Below are positions 1-10,176 of a stretch of DNA of 64,000 nt, piece after piece. The stretch is taken from assembly GCA_903879985.1 (NCBI GenBank), contig CAIRNR010000004.1, positions 96,762 through 160,761 on the forward strand, in the 5' to 3' direction. Numbering within the stretch: position 1 is the first letter of the stretch; every line of letters begins with the position of its first letter. Both the position numbers and the translations under genes were made by a program. The notes beneath the pieces were generated by a model that did not search any database, was not told the origin of the DNA, and saw only the letters and a list, made by a program, of their open reading frames with translations. The DNA is from an uncultured candidate division WWE3 bacterium. GTDB lineage: Bacteria; Patescibacteriota; WWE3; UBA101185; UBA10185.

Positions 1-49
1 GTGCTGATTCTGTTTTCATGTTTTGATTATACAGTAACTGCCTTGTAGC

Positions 50-808
50 TTAATTCTCAAAGTATTTTTTAGTTATGGCAATAACAATACCGTATCGATT
101 TTCATTTGTTATGTTTTTAAGCAACTCCGGTAGACTGGGGAGATTTTGTTTTTCATACGTGGTTCCGGCAATACCAGAGGTTTCTCTTTGAGCATATTCG
201 ATATCTCCAAAGTCAGTAGTAGATTTTTCTACGAATTCTATTTGTATTGTTTGGTCATTCTTTGAATATCTTGCGACTGAAGAAGGTAGATTGGAGACAT
301 CGTACACACCTGTGCCGTTTAAACGTTTTGTCCCGTAAGACTTATCGTATACGTCCGCAAGATATTGCATTGGTTGGTTGCCATCTCGATCTGTATACGT
401 AGCTGTCCAACCTAGCTTATTTATATCTTTTTCAAAATTAAGTATTGTTTGTTTAAAATCGCCGTTGAAACCATAATAACTAGTGATTTTATAAGCACAT
501 TGACTTGCATAACCATCAGTTCTTTTCCAATTGCTTTCTCCACGATGACAGCGATCGTAAAAAGATGTTGTATATTCTTTAAGATATCCTAGTTTATTTA
601 TTTCACTAAAACTGTTGTTTATATCAGTAACTGTAGTGTTACGAGCAATTACAACTTTGCTGTTATTAGGATCTACGTTTGGTTTCATATTTCTCCATAG
701 ACCGTCGGCACCTCCATTTATGGCGAGAATTATAAGAACAACAGCACAAAAAGCTGCTACTGTAAGTATGCCTCCTAAAATAATAAGTATGTTAATAAAT
801 TTGTTCAT
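50..808 (-). CDS. hypothetical membrane-anchored/secreted protein
   Basis: Long ORF with an N-terminal hydrophobic anchor (ILIILGGILTVAAFCAVVLIILAI). No catalytic motif recognised. Confidence 0.45.
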   Translation of the reverse strand: MNKFINILIILGGILTVAAFCAVVLIILAINGGADGLWRNMKPNVDPNNSKVVIARNTTVTDINNSFSEINKLGYLKEYTTSFYDRCHRGESNWKRTDGYASQCAYKITSYYGFNGDFKQTILNFEKDINKLGWTATYTDRDGNQPMQYLADVYDKSYGTKRLNGTGVYDVSNLPSSVARYSKNDQTIQIEFVEKSTTDFGDIEYAQRETSGIAGTTYEKQNLPSLPELLKNITNENRYGIVIAITKKYFEN

Positions 809-817
809 ATATAATCT

Positions 818-2146
818 TTAAAGGTGATAAACCTGTGACCAAGCGCCTACTTTGCAGTCGTTAATCGTTCTCATTTTCCAATATCCTCCAAACCAACCTG
901 CTGGTGTGCCTACTCCAACGTTTTCATGTCCATCGTTTGCCATAATTAAATGGAAAGGCAAAATTATCGGTGCATATCCAAACTGAATTTCAATTTTATT
1001 GCCGCCTACCGCAGACCATGTTATAGCCTGCGTGCTAGGATTAAAAGAAGACCATGTTGGCAGTGGGGGTTTTACCGCTAAGCAACGTGTATCCTTTTTA
1101 AATGTTTTATGGGCTGCGCTGCTAGATTGCGGAGTATTAGTATCGTGAAGAATATCGCCAATATCAATCTGACTTAAGTAACCATCACCAAAGCCATCAT
1201 CAGTAATACCTCCTATTACATATATCGAATAGTCGTCTATTACATTTGTTGCAAAAGCCTCGGCCACTGGAAGCTTATTGCTACTGGTTGTCCAAGAGAC
1301 ATCTCCATCGCTTATTGTTCCGATATACACCCGATCGTTACGATCAAGATCCGTCCAACCTCCCATAGCGTATATGGTGCTTCCTTTTATTACGGCTGTT
1401 TCGCAGGAGACACCGTCTGGAAGATCGTTGTTGCTTGTGGTCCAAGTGACATCTCCGTTGCTTACAGTGCCGATATATATTTTATTACTGTGGTGACTAC
1501 CCGTTTCTCCGCCTATTAAATAAATTGTGTTACTGTCTAGAACACTAGCTGGATAAGCTAACGGTACCGGGAGATCCTGCGCACTTGTGGTCCATGTGAT
1601 ATCTCCATTATTTATAGTACCTAAATATACCTTTGCACTGTTACCCACACTATCGTTGCCGCCTATAAGGTATATAGTATTACCGTCTATTATGCTGGTT
1701 GCATTCGCCAGTACTACGGGAAGATTATTACTGCTTGTTGTCCAGGTTACGTCGCCATTGCTTATCGTGCCTATATAAACTTTGTTGAGAAATCCGTCTT
1801 CATTTAATCCACCTAAAAGATAGATTTTATTACCGTCTATTACACTTGTTGGAAAAGCTAAAACTGAAGGAGTAGTATGCGCACTAGTAGTCCATGTTAC
1901 GTCACCGTTGTTTATGGTTCCAATATATACAGCATCCGTGTAACTATCACCTATATAACCACCCATAAGATAAATATTATTTCCATATTTAACGCTTGTT
2001 GAATTGGATATCGATATTGGAAGAGTATTGGTGCTGGTAAACCATTGCACATCAGGGCTTTCGGCAAAGCAAGTGTGTGTAGCAAAAGTTAGAACAGAAA
2101 ATATAATTAGTAATGCGGGTATTAGACTAGCAGGTTTTTTAAGCAT
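818..2146 (-). CDS. secreted Kelch-type beta-propeller repeat protein with conserved C-terminal domain
   Basis: Signal peptide (..TFATHTCFA/ESP). About six tandem ~48-aa repeats of IYL(I/L/M)GG...VY(I/L)GTIxNGD(V/I)TWTTS; the GG doublet, Tyr and Trp are Kelch hallmarks. C-terminus HKTFKKDTRCL..KP..TW is shared with ORFs 24073..25089 and 25701..28409. The antisense ORFs at 1278..1496 and 1587..1778 are repeat artefacts. Confidence 0.6.
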   Translation of the reverse strand: MLKKPASLIPALLIIFSVLTFATHTCFAESPDVQWFTSTNTLPISISNSTSVKYGNNIYLMGGYIGDSYTDAVYIGTINNGDVTWTTSAHTTPSVLAFPTSVIDGNKIYLLGGLNEDGFLNKVYIGTISNGDVTWTTSSNNLPVVLANATSIIDGNTIYLIGGNDSVGNSAKVYLGTINNGDITWTTSAQDLPVPLAYPASVLDSNTIYLIGGETGSHHSNKIYIGTVSNGDVTWTTSNNDLPDGVSCETAVIKGSTIYAMGGWTDLDRNDRVYIGTISDGDVSWTTSSNKLPVAEAFATNVIDDYSIYVIGGITDDGFGDGYLSQIDIGDILHDTNTPQSSSAAHKTFKKDTRCLAVKPPLPTWSSFNPSTQAITWSAVGGNKIEIQFGYAPIILPFHLIMANDGHENVGVGTPAGWFGGYWKMRTINDCKVGAWSQVYHL

Positions 2147-2228
2147 ACTCTATGTTTAATGTTAGTTATGTGGGGTGGTTAAGTCAATAAGGTTTTGGTT
2201 GTTTTGTGTAGCCAGCTAACACCTTGGG

Positions 2229-2912
2229 GTGATTATAGTATATATTATTTATATGGCAGAGTTCATGAAAATATTAGACTTTAATAATGTAAACGAAAAT
2301 GGTGGCATCGAGGATTTTCGTTCATATATTGGTCATCAAGAATCATTAGGAAAAATAGAATTGGGATTTGAGAGAAAAGAAGGCAGAGGCAAGGAATTTG
2401 TAAGAGTTACGCTCCAAAATGGAGAGGAGGCTCGTGATGTTGGTACATATTTTGCAAAACAATTCGTCCGTAAGGAAGATGCTTTAAAAGAAATAAAAAA
2501 ATGCTGGTACTTTGAGAAGTACGGTATTCCTGTACCAACAACGCATAGGTATGTTGAACAAGATGGTAAACACTATGTTGTTTATACAGACCTCACGGAT
2601 GGTGGAAAAAATGAAGTATGGTCAGGAAATAACCTTACCGAAGAAAAAAAACGCCCTAATTTAACAGAGGAACAATTTGAGGAAGTCGCGTATCAAATAA
2701 GAGATATTTCCGAAACGGCAGCTTCTAGAGACTTCCTTATAAATGGAGACGCCTATTTTATTGTTAAAAAACCTGATGGCTTAGTGAATGTAGTAGTGGG
2801 AGATCTTGGTTATGGTGTTTCCGAATATCCTGTTAGTTCAGAAATGTACGATGCTAAAAAAAATAATATGGAAGAAGCTGAATGGATAATTACGTGTATT
2901 AAAGGTGATTAA
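2229..2912 (+). CDS. hypothetical protein, possible atypical kinase-like fold
   Basis: ORF. Weak resemblance to protein-kinase-like motifs (SRDFLINGDAY, VVGDLGYG resembling HRD/DFG). The start may be the downstream ATG at 2253 (MAEFMKIL). Confidence 0.35.
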   Translation: MIIVYIIYMAEFMKILDFNNVNENGGIEDFRSYIGHQESLGKIELGFERKEGRGKEFVRVTLQNGEEARDVGTYFAKQFVRKEDALKEIKKCWYFEKYGIPVPTTHRYVEQDGKHYVVYTDLTDGGKNEVWSGNNLTEEKKRPNLTEEQFEEVAYQIRDISETAASRDFLINGDAYFIVKKPDGLVNVVVGDLGYGVSEYPVSSEMYDAKKNNMEEAEWIITCIKGD

Positions 2913-2998
2913 GGTTGTTATCTGTACGTATTGGAAAGAAGCCGACCCGATTGTTGATGTAGCAACCAAGAACACTGACGTGTTACGATGCTACTTGT

Positions 2999-3274
2999 CT
3001 ACAGTCTACATCTTACTGTAAGCACTTTTTCTGCCCAACGAAGTCTTGTAAAGGGGTCTGAAATATTAGGTAAGCTTATACTTAAGTCTTTGAGTTGTTC
3101 TTTCAAAGCTAACTCGCTATCTGTCAATGTTGTTTTATCAAAATCTTTTATAGCGTGGGTAAGGAATTCACTTACAGAATCAGTGGGAAGTTGCTTATGC
3201 AAGTTTCCTGCAGCAGTTACTACCCTAAATAAGTCCATTTTTATCGAATTTAATATAAATTGTTTATCTCTCAT
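2999..3274 (-). CDS. hypothetical protein
   Basis: ORF. Its start overlaps the stop of the upstream ORF by 4 nt (ATGA), suggesting translational coupling. Confidence 0.3.
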   Translation of the reverse strand: MRDKQFILNSIKMDLFRVVTAAGNLHKQLPTDSVSEFLTHAIKDFDKTTLTDSELALKEQLKDLSISLPNISDPFTRLRWAEKVLTVRCRL

Positions 3275-3492
3275 AATTCAAGGAAACGTTTAGTTAAACC
3301 TTCTAATTTATTCCTAACTTCAGCATCCATAATCTCATAAGTATTTTTGCCTAACGCAGGTTTATAGTTACTCATTGCCATATACTCTACTTCCTTTGTA
3401 CTAACTCTATATCCCCCACCATAAAGGTCTTCCTGTCTACTGCCACCTTGCACTAAGACTTCTTCGCAGTCAATATGGTATTCACCTCCCAC
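3271..3492 (-). CDS. hypothetical small protein
   Basis: ORF, first gene of a two-gene overlapping pair with 2999..3274. Confidence 0.3.
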   Translation of the reverse strand: MGGEYHIDCEEVLVQGGSRQEDLYGGGYRVSTKEVEYMAMSNYKPALGKNTYEIMDAEVRNKLEGLTKRFLEL

Positions 3493-3523
3493 AGCTAATA
3501 TTTCATTTTTATGAAAATTAATT

Positions 3524-3916
3524 TTACTGGCTGGATGTGGAAGTTGGGTTGGCTAATTTAACAGGTTTCTGATCGTTTGGAAGTGATGGCCAGCGAATTG
3601 TTAAAAACAGACAATCTTCCTCAACCGTCCAGGAATGCGCAGTGCCCGAAGGATAAAAAGCATAATCACCTTCTTTTTCTAATGTGATTTTTTGATCGCC
3701 AAATATAAAAGTAAATTTTCCCTTAATTAATATGCCTAAAGAATGTGCTTCACTATTTTGAGCTACGACTTCCTTGTTTTCGCCCTTTTTGTGTACTCCC
3801 CACTTAATTTCAACATTACCTGTTTTAAAAGGTGAAGTATCTTCCATGAAATGACCCATAATCCATCCACGATGTGAAGGCGATTCTGTATTAAAGTTTC
3901 CTGTGGTTATATTCAT
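3524..3916 (-). CDS. cupin-domain protein
   Basis: Double-stranded beta-helix-like motifs (GxH..E..G, GDYAFYPSGTAHSW) typical of small cupins. Confidence 0.5.
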   Translation of the reverse strand: MNITTGNFNTESPSHRGWIMGHFMEDTSPFKTGNVEIKWGVHKKGENKEVVAQNSEAHSLGILIKGKFTFIFGDQKITLEKEGDYAFYPSGTAHSWTVEEDCLFLTIRWPSLPNDQKPVKLANPTSTSSQ

Positions 3917-3953
3917 GAATATATTATAGCGCGGATATAGTATTTTTAAATGT

Positions 3954-4463
3954 TTGGCTGGAGTTGGTGTTTTTTGTTTGAAATTTAGCCAGTTTATGTC
4001 AAACTTAGTTATGAACTATTTTCGAAAACTATTTGAAGCAGCATCAAAAGAAGAACCAGTAGAGCAACCAGCAGTATCAAGAGCTGAACTATTGCAAAAT
4101 GAAATGCTTACACTTACGCTTCGACGAGAACTACCTACCCGATTTGAATATAAGACATCTGAAGGTGAACACGTGGCAGTATGGTTTGATGCCCTTGGTA
4201 AGCAAACGGATGAGTTTAATCACGATAACTTCGATAAATTTTTAGATATTGGAAAATTCCATTTAATCCAGGAAAAGGATGATCATGATATGCAGGTTCT
4301 TATAAAATCTATGAGTCAACTGTTTGCTCGCGATTTAGGAACATGTGTAAAGATTAATGATCAATGGTTTGATGCAGAAGGTGCTATGGTAGATGCGGAG
4401 GACGCCGCTAGATTTGAGACAATGTTGAATGAACTTCCCCTAAGAAAATTGACAGTGGATTAA
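3954..4463 (+). CDS. hypothetical protein
   Basis: ORF with no recognised motif. An alternative start lies at an internal Met (MSNLVMNYF). Confidence 0.4.
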   Translation: MAGVGVFCLKFSQFMSNLVMNYFRKLFEAASKEEPVEQPAVSRAELLQNEMLTLTLRRELPTRFEYKTSEGEHVAVWFDALGKQTDEFNHDNFDKFLDIGKFHLIQEKDDHDMQVLIKSMSQLFARDLGTCVKINDQWFDAEGAMVDAEDAARFETMLNELPLRKLTVD

Positions 4464-4472
4464 GTAAAGTTT

Positions 4473-4546
4473 TGGCTGGGGGACAGGGATTCGAACCCCA
4501 ATAGTCGGGACCAAAACCCGAAGTCCTACCATTAGACGATCCCCCA
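4473..4546 (-). tRNA. tRNA-Gln (anticodon UUG)
   Basis: Cloverleaf read from the reverse complement: acceptor UGGGGGA/UCCCCCA with the U1-A72 pair typical of bacterial tRNA-Gln, anticodon stem TCGGG/CCCGA, loop TTTTGGT, T-loop TTCGAAT, encoded CCA. Confidence 0.75.
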
Positions 4547-4629
4547 TAAGTAAACACTCACAAAACTAACTCGGCAATTATATCACCGAAATACGCATAT
4601 AGCGCAAGCAAATCAGCAGCGTTTAAAAG

Positions 4630-5124
4630 TTACTTCACCACCGCCAACTCACTCATATCAAACGCTCTTTCATCAATCAAATTCCCAAACTCATCCAAAA
4701 CCCTCAATTTATAAAACTGAGGTCGCAGATTCACAACACTTCCATTAATCTCGTATAAAACATCCACTTTTTCATTAACATCACTGGCGTCGCCACTCAA
4801 AGTTATGTTTAAATCCTGGGCAAAATTAACAAATGGCCAGCTAGTTTTAAAGCTCACACTTGGGTTTAAAGTAGCCTTTTGGATCTTTCCTTGCTTTTCT
4901 GTAAGTCTCAGCATAAAGTCCACGCCGTACAACTTGTCCTTTGCTACCACATCGCTATTATCTTTAATAATCAATGGTGCTTCAGGTGCGGTTCCAGCCG
5001 TTAAGTTAGTTATAGTGTACTTAAGCTTTGGTGATGCATTTAAAAATAACAAATATATTCCAACTCCTAAAGCAAAAGCTCCGCTGGCTAACATTAATAT
5101 GGTTTTACGGCTATAGAATGTCAT
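4630..5124 (-). CDS. hypothetical membrane-anchored protein
   Basis: ORF with an N-terminal TM segment (ILMLASGAFALGVGIYLLFL). Confidence 0.45.
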   Translation of the reverse strand: MTFYSRKTILMLASGAFALGVGIYLLFLNASPKLKYTITNLTAGTAPEAPLIIKDNSDVVAKDKLYGVDFMLRLTEKQGKIQKATLNPSVSFKTSWPFVNFAQDLNITLSGDASDVNEKVDVLYEINGSVVNLRPQFYKLRVLDEFGNLIDERAFDMSELAVVK

Positions 5125-5158
5125 GCCACAATATTACCATTTTTGTTATAATTCATAA

Positions 5159-5866
5159 ATGATGCCTCAAATGTTTAAGGCTACCTTGAAGCAAAAAACG
5201 ACTTTATCTCCCAAAGCAACTGGACTGACCCTACAGTTAATTGAACCTACTAAAATTGAATTCAATCCCGGACAGTTTGTTAACTTAAAAGTTGCCGACG
5301 CTGTTTATAGGGCTTATTCAATTGCATCTCCGTGTGCACAACAAGATAAAATTTTCTTAATCGTTACAACAAGTCACGAAGGTGTCGGTTCTGAATATGT
5401 GCGAAATCTTCATATTGGCGACGAAGTTACGTTTATTGGGCCATCAGGAAAGTTGCATTTAAAAGAAAAACATTCTAAAGCTATTTATTTTTTCGCAACC
5501 GGTTCTGGTATAGCTCCATTTATTTCAATGCTTGAACAATTAGCATGTGATAATTATTCTGGAAAGATTCATTTGTTTTTTGGTGTTCGTCATCCAGAAG
5601 AAGTTTTATGTTTAGATGAATTAACAGGTTTAAAAAAACGTCTAAAGGATTTTACGATAGACTTTTATGTTTCTAATCCTCAAGATGATTTTATGGGTGT
5701 AAAAGGCAGGGTTACTGCGGCTATTCCAAATATTACCGATTTTAATGCGGACTTTTATTTATGTGGGCATCCTCAAATGGTCGAAGATGTTAACACTGCT
5801 TTAAAAGCTAAAGGTGTCCCCGACGAAAATATTATTTGCGAGGGTTTTACTAAGACCTTGAAGTAA
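5159..5866 (+). CDS. ferredoxin-NADP reductase-like FAD/NAD(P)-binding oxidoreductase
   Basis: FNR-family motifs: RAYSIAS (RxYS FAD-binding), GPSGKL, and ATGSGIAPF (NAD-binding GxGxxP). Confidence 0.6.
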   Translation: MMPQMFKATLKQKTTLSPKATGLTLQLIEPTKIEFNPGQFVNLKVADAVYRAYSIASPCAQQDKIFLIVTTSHEGVGSEYVRNLHIGDEVTFIGPSGKLHLKEKHSKAIYFFATGSGIAPFISMLEQLACDNYSGKIHLFFGVRHPEEVLCLDELTGLKKRLKDFTIDFYVSNPQDDFMGVKGRVTAAIPNITDFNADFYLCGHPQMVEDVNTALKAKGVPDENIICEGFTKTLK

Positions 5867-8264
5867 ACTTCAACCTCAAGCTATTACTCACAACCGAAAC
5901 AGAACTTGCTGCCATAGCCATGCTTGCGATTATTGGTGACAACAATATGCCAAAGAATGGAAACAATATTCCGGCGGCTACTGGGATTCCGATGATGTTG
6001 TATCCAAATGCCCAGAAAAGATTTTGATTAATAATGCGTAGTGTTTTTCGTGAAAACTCCAGAGTATCTACAACTTTGTTTAAGTCACCGTTGATTATTA
6101 CAATATCGCCTGTTTCAATGGCTACGTCTGTTCCTGTTCCCATGGCGATACCGACATTGGCTTGAGCAAGCGCTGGTGCGTCGTTTATTCCGTCACCGAC
6201 CATTGCCACTACATAATTTTTATTTTCATATTGAAGTTGCTTAACTTTTTCAGCTTTCATTTGTGGTAGAACATCCGCAATAACTTTATCGATGCCAAGT
6301 TCTTTTGCAACGGCATTAACTGATATAGCATTATCCCCAGAAAGTATTCCGGTTAGTATTCCAAGCTTTTTAAGTTTGTTAATGGCTTCGCGTGAGCTTG
6401 GTTTTATTGTGTCCGAAATTCCAATAATTGCTGCTGCTTTATTTCCAACCGCAACTAACGAAACTGTTTGACCTTGTGCTCTAAGTTCGTCTGCTTTTTG
6501 GGATAGCTCTTGTGATACTTCTACATTTTTATTTTTTAATAAGCTGGCTGTGCCAATTAAAATATTATTGTTTTGAATGGTTGCTTGTACGCCTTGACCG
6601 GATATATCTTCAAACTTTTCTGGTTCTATACCGGTTGCCGACACATTTAAATAATTAACAACGGCTATAGCCAACGGGTGATGCGATTTCTTTTCAACAC
6701 TAAGCACAAAATTATTTACTTCAGCTTTTTCAAATCCATCAAAAACTTCAAACGTTTTTACTTGAGGTTTGCCAACGGTAAGTGTTCCTGTTTTATCAAA
6801 GAGAACAAAGTTTATTTTTCTGGCAGTTTCAAGAGCTTCGGCGTCTTTAATTAATATACCGTTTCGTGCAGCCAAACCTGTTCCAACCATAACTGCTGTT
6901 GGTGTTGCTAAGCCAAGTGCGCAAGGGCAAGCTATTATTAAAATAGTTGTAGCTATATAAACAGCTAACTGAATTGGACTTTGTCCTGCTAAGATTCCTA
7001 ATTGAGGTGCCACAAAAAACCAGAACAAAAAAGCAAGTGCTGAAATTCCAATCACAATAGGAACGAATACTGCAGAAACGCTGTCTGCGATTTTTTGGAT
7101 TGGTGCTTGTGTTGCCTGTGCGTCTTGAACCATTTTAACGATTTGGGCGAGTAAAGTTTTATCTCCAACTTTTGTGGCTTTAAACATAAACGTTCCAGAT
7201 GTGTTGATTGTTCCCCCAACCACGCTATCGCCAGCTTTTTTTTCGTTAGCAATCGGCTCACCTGTAACCATTGACTCATCTACAAAAGAATTTCCGCTCT
7301 CTACAATGCCGTCTACGGGGATTTTCTCGCCTGGTTTGATGATTATTACGTCCCCAACTAAAACTTGGGATATTGGTACAACAACCTCTGCGCTATTTCT
7401 AATTACTGTGGCATCTTTTGCTTGTAATTTTAGTAACGCTTTAATTGCGTCTCCGGTTTGTCCTTTTGAACGAGCCTCGAGTAATCGTCCAAGTAAGATA
7501 AAAAAAATGATAAAAACGCTGGCTTCAAAATATACTTGGGATTCTCCTGCTATACCTTTGAATAATGCCGGAAAAAATGTAACAACTGAGGAAAAAAGCC
7601 ATGCCGAAAAAGTTCCCAACGAAATAAGTGTATCCATATTTGAAGCGCCTACTTTTATAGCGGTTATTGCGGACTTAAAAATGTTTTTACCACCGATAAA
7701 TAACACGGGTGTTGCAAGTAAGAACTGAAGTATGTTTAGAATAGAAATTCTAAGTGGTATAACCGCGCATTCTTCAATACATGCGGGTTGAGGTAAGTTT
7801 ATGTAGCCAACTAAATCAGCTAACATCGGTAAACCAAGTTTCTCACCAAATGCCATCCAAAACATAATTAGTAAAAATGGAAAAAGTGCTATGCCTACAA
7901 AAGTTAATGTTTTTTTAAGGTTTTCGTATTCTTCCTTTTTCATCATTTCTGCGTGATTGTGCATATGTCCGTGACCGTCGTCGTGCATTTCCATATTTTT
8001 GTTATCTAAAAGTTTGTAATCCCCTACCCTTTCCACAGCTTTTTTTAAGTCTTCAAATGAAACTTTGTCTTTGTCATACTCAACCGCCATAGTTTCTCCG
8101 GCAAAGTTTACATATACTTTTGAAACTTCTGGAATTTTACAAACCGATCCTTCAATTAAAGCTTTACATGATGCGCAATGAGTTCCTATAACGGAAAATG
8201 TTTCTTTTACAATGCTCATTAATTTACCTCCACTGTAACAGGAGGAACCATTCCCATGATACAA
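5850..8264 (-). CDS. copA: copper-translocating P1B-type ATPase
   Basis: N-terminal HMA CxxC ([12 protein letters not shown]), His-rich stretch ([11 protein letters not shown]), TM CPC motif ([13 protein letters not shown]), phosphorylation motif DKTGTLT, hinge GDGINDAP. Confidence 0.9.
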   Translation of the reverse strand: MYHGNGSSCYSGGKLMSIVKETFSVIGTHCASCKALIEGSVCKIPEVSKVYVNFAGETMAVEYDKDKVSFEDLKKAVERVGDYKLLDNKNMEMHDDGHGHMHNHAEMMKKEEYENLKKTLTFVGIALFPFLLIMFWMAFGEKLGLPMLADLVGYINLPQPACIEECAVIPLRISILNILQFLLATPVLFIGGKNIFKSAITAIKVGASNMDTLISLGTFSAWLFSSVVTFFPALFKGIAGESQVYFEASVFIIFFILLGRLLEARSKGQTGDAIKALLKLQAKDATVIRNSAEVVVPISQVLVGDVIIIKPGEKIPVDGIVESGNSFVDESMVTGEPIANEKKAGDSVVGGTINTSGTFMFKATKVGDKTLLAQIVKMVQDAQATQAPIQKIADSVSAVFVPIVIGISALAFLFWFFVAPQLGILAGQSPIQLAVYIATTILIIACPCALGLATPTAVMVGTGLAARNGILIKDAEALETARKINFVLFDKTGTLTVGKPQVKTFEVFDGFEKAEVNNFVLSVEKKSHHPLAIAVVNYLNVSATGIEPEKFEDISGQGVQATIQNNNILIGTASLLKNKNVEVSQELSQKADELRAQGQTVSLVAVGNKAAAIIGISDTIKPSSREAINKLKKLGILTGILSGDNAISVNAVAKELGIDKVIADVLPQMKAEKVKQLQYENKNYVVAMVGDGINDAPALAQANVGIAMGTGTDVAIETGDIVIINGDLNKVVDTLEFSRKTLRIINQNLFWAFGYNIIGIPVAAGILFPFFGILLSPIIASMAMAASSVSVVSNSLRLKFTSRS

Positions 8265-9541
8265 GTAATCTTAAAGGTTCCTTTTTTCTGTGGAGTGAAT
8301 TCGAATACATTTAATCCTTGATGCAAAGTAACTGAACCATCAAATAGTCCTCGACCTACTACTGTTGTTCCACAGCCGGTCATTCCATTGTTAGTAAAGT
8401 TCCATGTTACTGGAACACCTTGCTTTAATTGTACATTGTTTGGTGTGTATTCAAATCCACTTGCTTCCATAGTTAGTATCTGATTTGTTTTTATTATTGT
8501 GCTTTCTACTTGTTTCGTTTTGCTCATACTAGACTTTAGGTTGCTCAGGCTGGTAAATCCTAAAACATTAAATTGAGAGTTAATGTTAATAATTGCAAAA
8601 AATATGACCAGTATTCCGGCGGTATAGCTGAATACTTTTGAAAATGTGTGGTTTGCATAAAGTTTAACACTTGAAAAACTAATAAGGGCTAACATTGGTA
8701 AGGTACCAAGCGCGAAGCTTAATAACATGAGTGAGCTTGTCTTAAAGTCTCCAGTTGATAGTGCCAAGGTTTGTACAAGAATGGTAAAGCCGCATGGTAC
8801 AAAAAAGGTTAATGCTCCAACCAAAAATGGAAAATATTTTCCAGAAAAGTTGTTTTCTTTTGTTAAAAACTTTGGAGCTTGAATCTTTATTTTCTGTGCC
8901 CAAGATATATCGAGCATTTGTATTCCAAGCAAAAGCATTATTACAGAAACTATTATTGTGAAAACTGCAGTTGATTCTGCCGATAACTTAAACACGCTAC
9001 CGACTGTTCCTAACATTCCGCCAAGTACGGCAAAAGAAGCAAGTCTTCCGGTGTTAAACATTATAAAAGGTACGGCTTTATTACTTGTTTTATTGTTTTC
9101 GGTCCAAGTTTTAGAAAGAGACAACAGTATGCCTCCGGTTAGCGCCGCGCACGATGAAAGTCCCGCTGCAATTCCAAAAAAGAAGAATGCTGGTAGTGAT
9201 GATGTAGAACTTATTTGAAATTTACTTAATATTCCTATTTTTTCGTTAAGTATAAAAATTGCTGAAATTCCGGCCACAATAAATAGTGCTTTTCTAAATT
9301 CCGCAAATTTATTTTGTTGATGTGGAGTTGATGAAAATGTATAACCAAGGTCTTTAAATTCTGAGTTTAATTTTTCTATTGTTGGGATGTCTTTGGTGTT
9401 CTCGGCGAGGATCTCCACTTGTTTGGTAGATAAATGAGCTTTAACTTGCGATATTCCTTCATGTTTTCCAAGATTTCTTTCTATAAGATTTTCACAAGCT
9501 TTACAATGCATGCCTTTAACGTACAAAGTTGTATTTTCCAT
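8219..9541 (-). CDS. heavy-metal-associated domain / DsbD_2-type transmembrane / cupredoxin-like fusion protein
   Basis: N-terminal HMA ([12 protein letters not shown]), polytopic membrane core, C-terminal ~90-aa cupredoxin-like domain ([21 protein letters not shown]..). Overlaps the copA start by 46 nt, consistent with an operon. Confidence 0.65.
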   Translation of the reverse strand: MENTTLYVKGMHCKACENLIERNLGKHEGISQVKAHLSTKQVEILAENTKDIPTIEKLNSEFKDLGYTFSSTPHQQNKFAEFRKALFIVAGISAIFILNEKIGILSKFQISSTSSLPAFFFFGIAAGLSSCAALTGGILLSLSKTWTENNKTSNKAVPFIMFNTGRLASFAVLGGMLGTVGSVFKLSAESTAVFTIIVSVIMLLLGIQMLDISWAQKIKIQAPKFLTKENNFSGKYFPFLVGALTFFVPCGFTILVQTLALSTGDFKTSSLMLLSFALGTLPMLALISFSSVKLYANHTFSKVFSYTAGILVIFFAIININSQFNVLGFTSLSNLKSSMSKTKQVESTIIKTNQILTMEASGFEYTPNNVQLKQGVPVTWNFTNNGMTGCGTTVVGRGLFDGSVTLHQGLNVFEFTPQKKGTFKITCIMGMVPPVTVEVN

Positions 9542-9560
9542 TTAGTTAAACCTCCTGTAA

Positions 9561-9827
9561 TTATTTATACTTATAAATTCCCATTAATTCTTTTACTAAC
9601 TTTTCTTTTTCACCATTTTGAGCTTGCTCTATTACGCAAGTTCCCAGGTGTTCTTCCATGATTTCAAGATCAAGATTTTTTAGAGCTTTTTGGACAGCTA
9701 GCGATTGCATGAGGATGTTAACGCAGTAGGTATCGTTGTCTATCATTTTTTCGATAGCACCAAGATGTCCTTTTATGATTTTTATTCTGTGAAGTATCTT
9801 TTGTTTTTTGCAGGTTTCGTGGTTCAT
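9561..9827 (-). CDS. csoR: CsoR/RcnR-family metal-sensing transcriptional repressor
   Basis: 88-aa protein with RIKIIKGHLGAIEKMI..YCVNILMQ..H..C, the conserved Cys/His positions of the CsoR family. Sits immediately upstream of the copper operon. Confidence 0.7.
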   Translation of the reverse strand: MNHETCKKQKILHRIKIIKGHLGAIEKMIDNDTYCVNILMQSLAVQKALKNLDLEIMEEHLGTCVIEQAQNGEKEKLVKELMGIYKYK

Positions 9828-9845
9828 AGGATTTCTTACATTTTA

Positions 9846-9864
9846 GTCCCCCCTATGGGGATAC
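9846..9864. promoter_or_regulatory. GC-rich inverted repeat, candidate CsoR operator
   Basis: GTCCCCCCTATGGGGATAC, a C4-N3-G4 hairpin or palindrome in an otherwise AT-rich divergent promoter region 20-40 nt upstream of the csoR start. Resembles known CsoR boxes (TACCC..GGGTA type). Confidence 0.3.
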
Positions 9865-9903
9865 ATAAAAAGTTATCACATATAGATGGCCGGCGCAATA
9901 ATA

Positions 9904-9912
9904 TGCTACAAT
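9904..9912 (+). promoter_or_regulatory. extended -10 promoter element (TGcTACAAT)
   Basis: TGnTACAAT lies 34 nt upstream of ATG 9946, with an AAAGGAGG RBS at 9933..9940. Confidence 0.3.
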
Positions 9913-9945
9913 GCTCCAAATAGACCTATAATAAAGGAGGAGAAT

Positions 9946-10167
9946 ATGGAAGGAAAAATAGTAATTCTTGAATTTATGGAATGGGTAAAGACACCTATAG
10001 GTAGTAAGGAAACTAAGAAGGTTTCAGAAATGGCCATATGTGCACGCAATTTTAACGAAGGTCAGACTGTAACTTATGGTGTCGCGGAATATGTGGTGCT
10101 TAAAGTAAACCACGATTTGAATGTGGACAAAACGTATGTCCAATTAATGCGAAAAGACTTGTTATAG
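9946..10167 (+). CDS. hypothetical small protein
   Basis: ORF with a strong SD (AAAGGAGG) 6 nt upstream of ATG 9946. The ORF track's longer N-terminal extension lacks an RBS. Confidence 0.4.
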   Translation: MEGKIVILEFMEWVKTPIGSKETKKVSEMAICARNFNEGQTVTYGVAEYVVLKVNHDLNVDKTYVQLMRKDLL

Positions 10168-10176
10168 GAGCTTAAA

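Noticed and set aside
1278-1778. Two plus-strand ORFs (72 and 63 aa) with repetitive sequence
   Set aside because: They are antisense to the Kelch-repeat gene. Their periodicity mirrors the sense-strand repeats, and they have no RBS.
7174-7728. 184-aa plus-strand ORF
   Set aside because: Lies antisense inside copA, which has unambiguous P-type ATPase motifs in the other frame.
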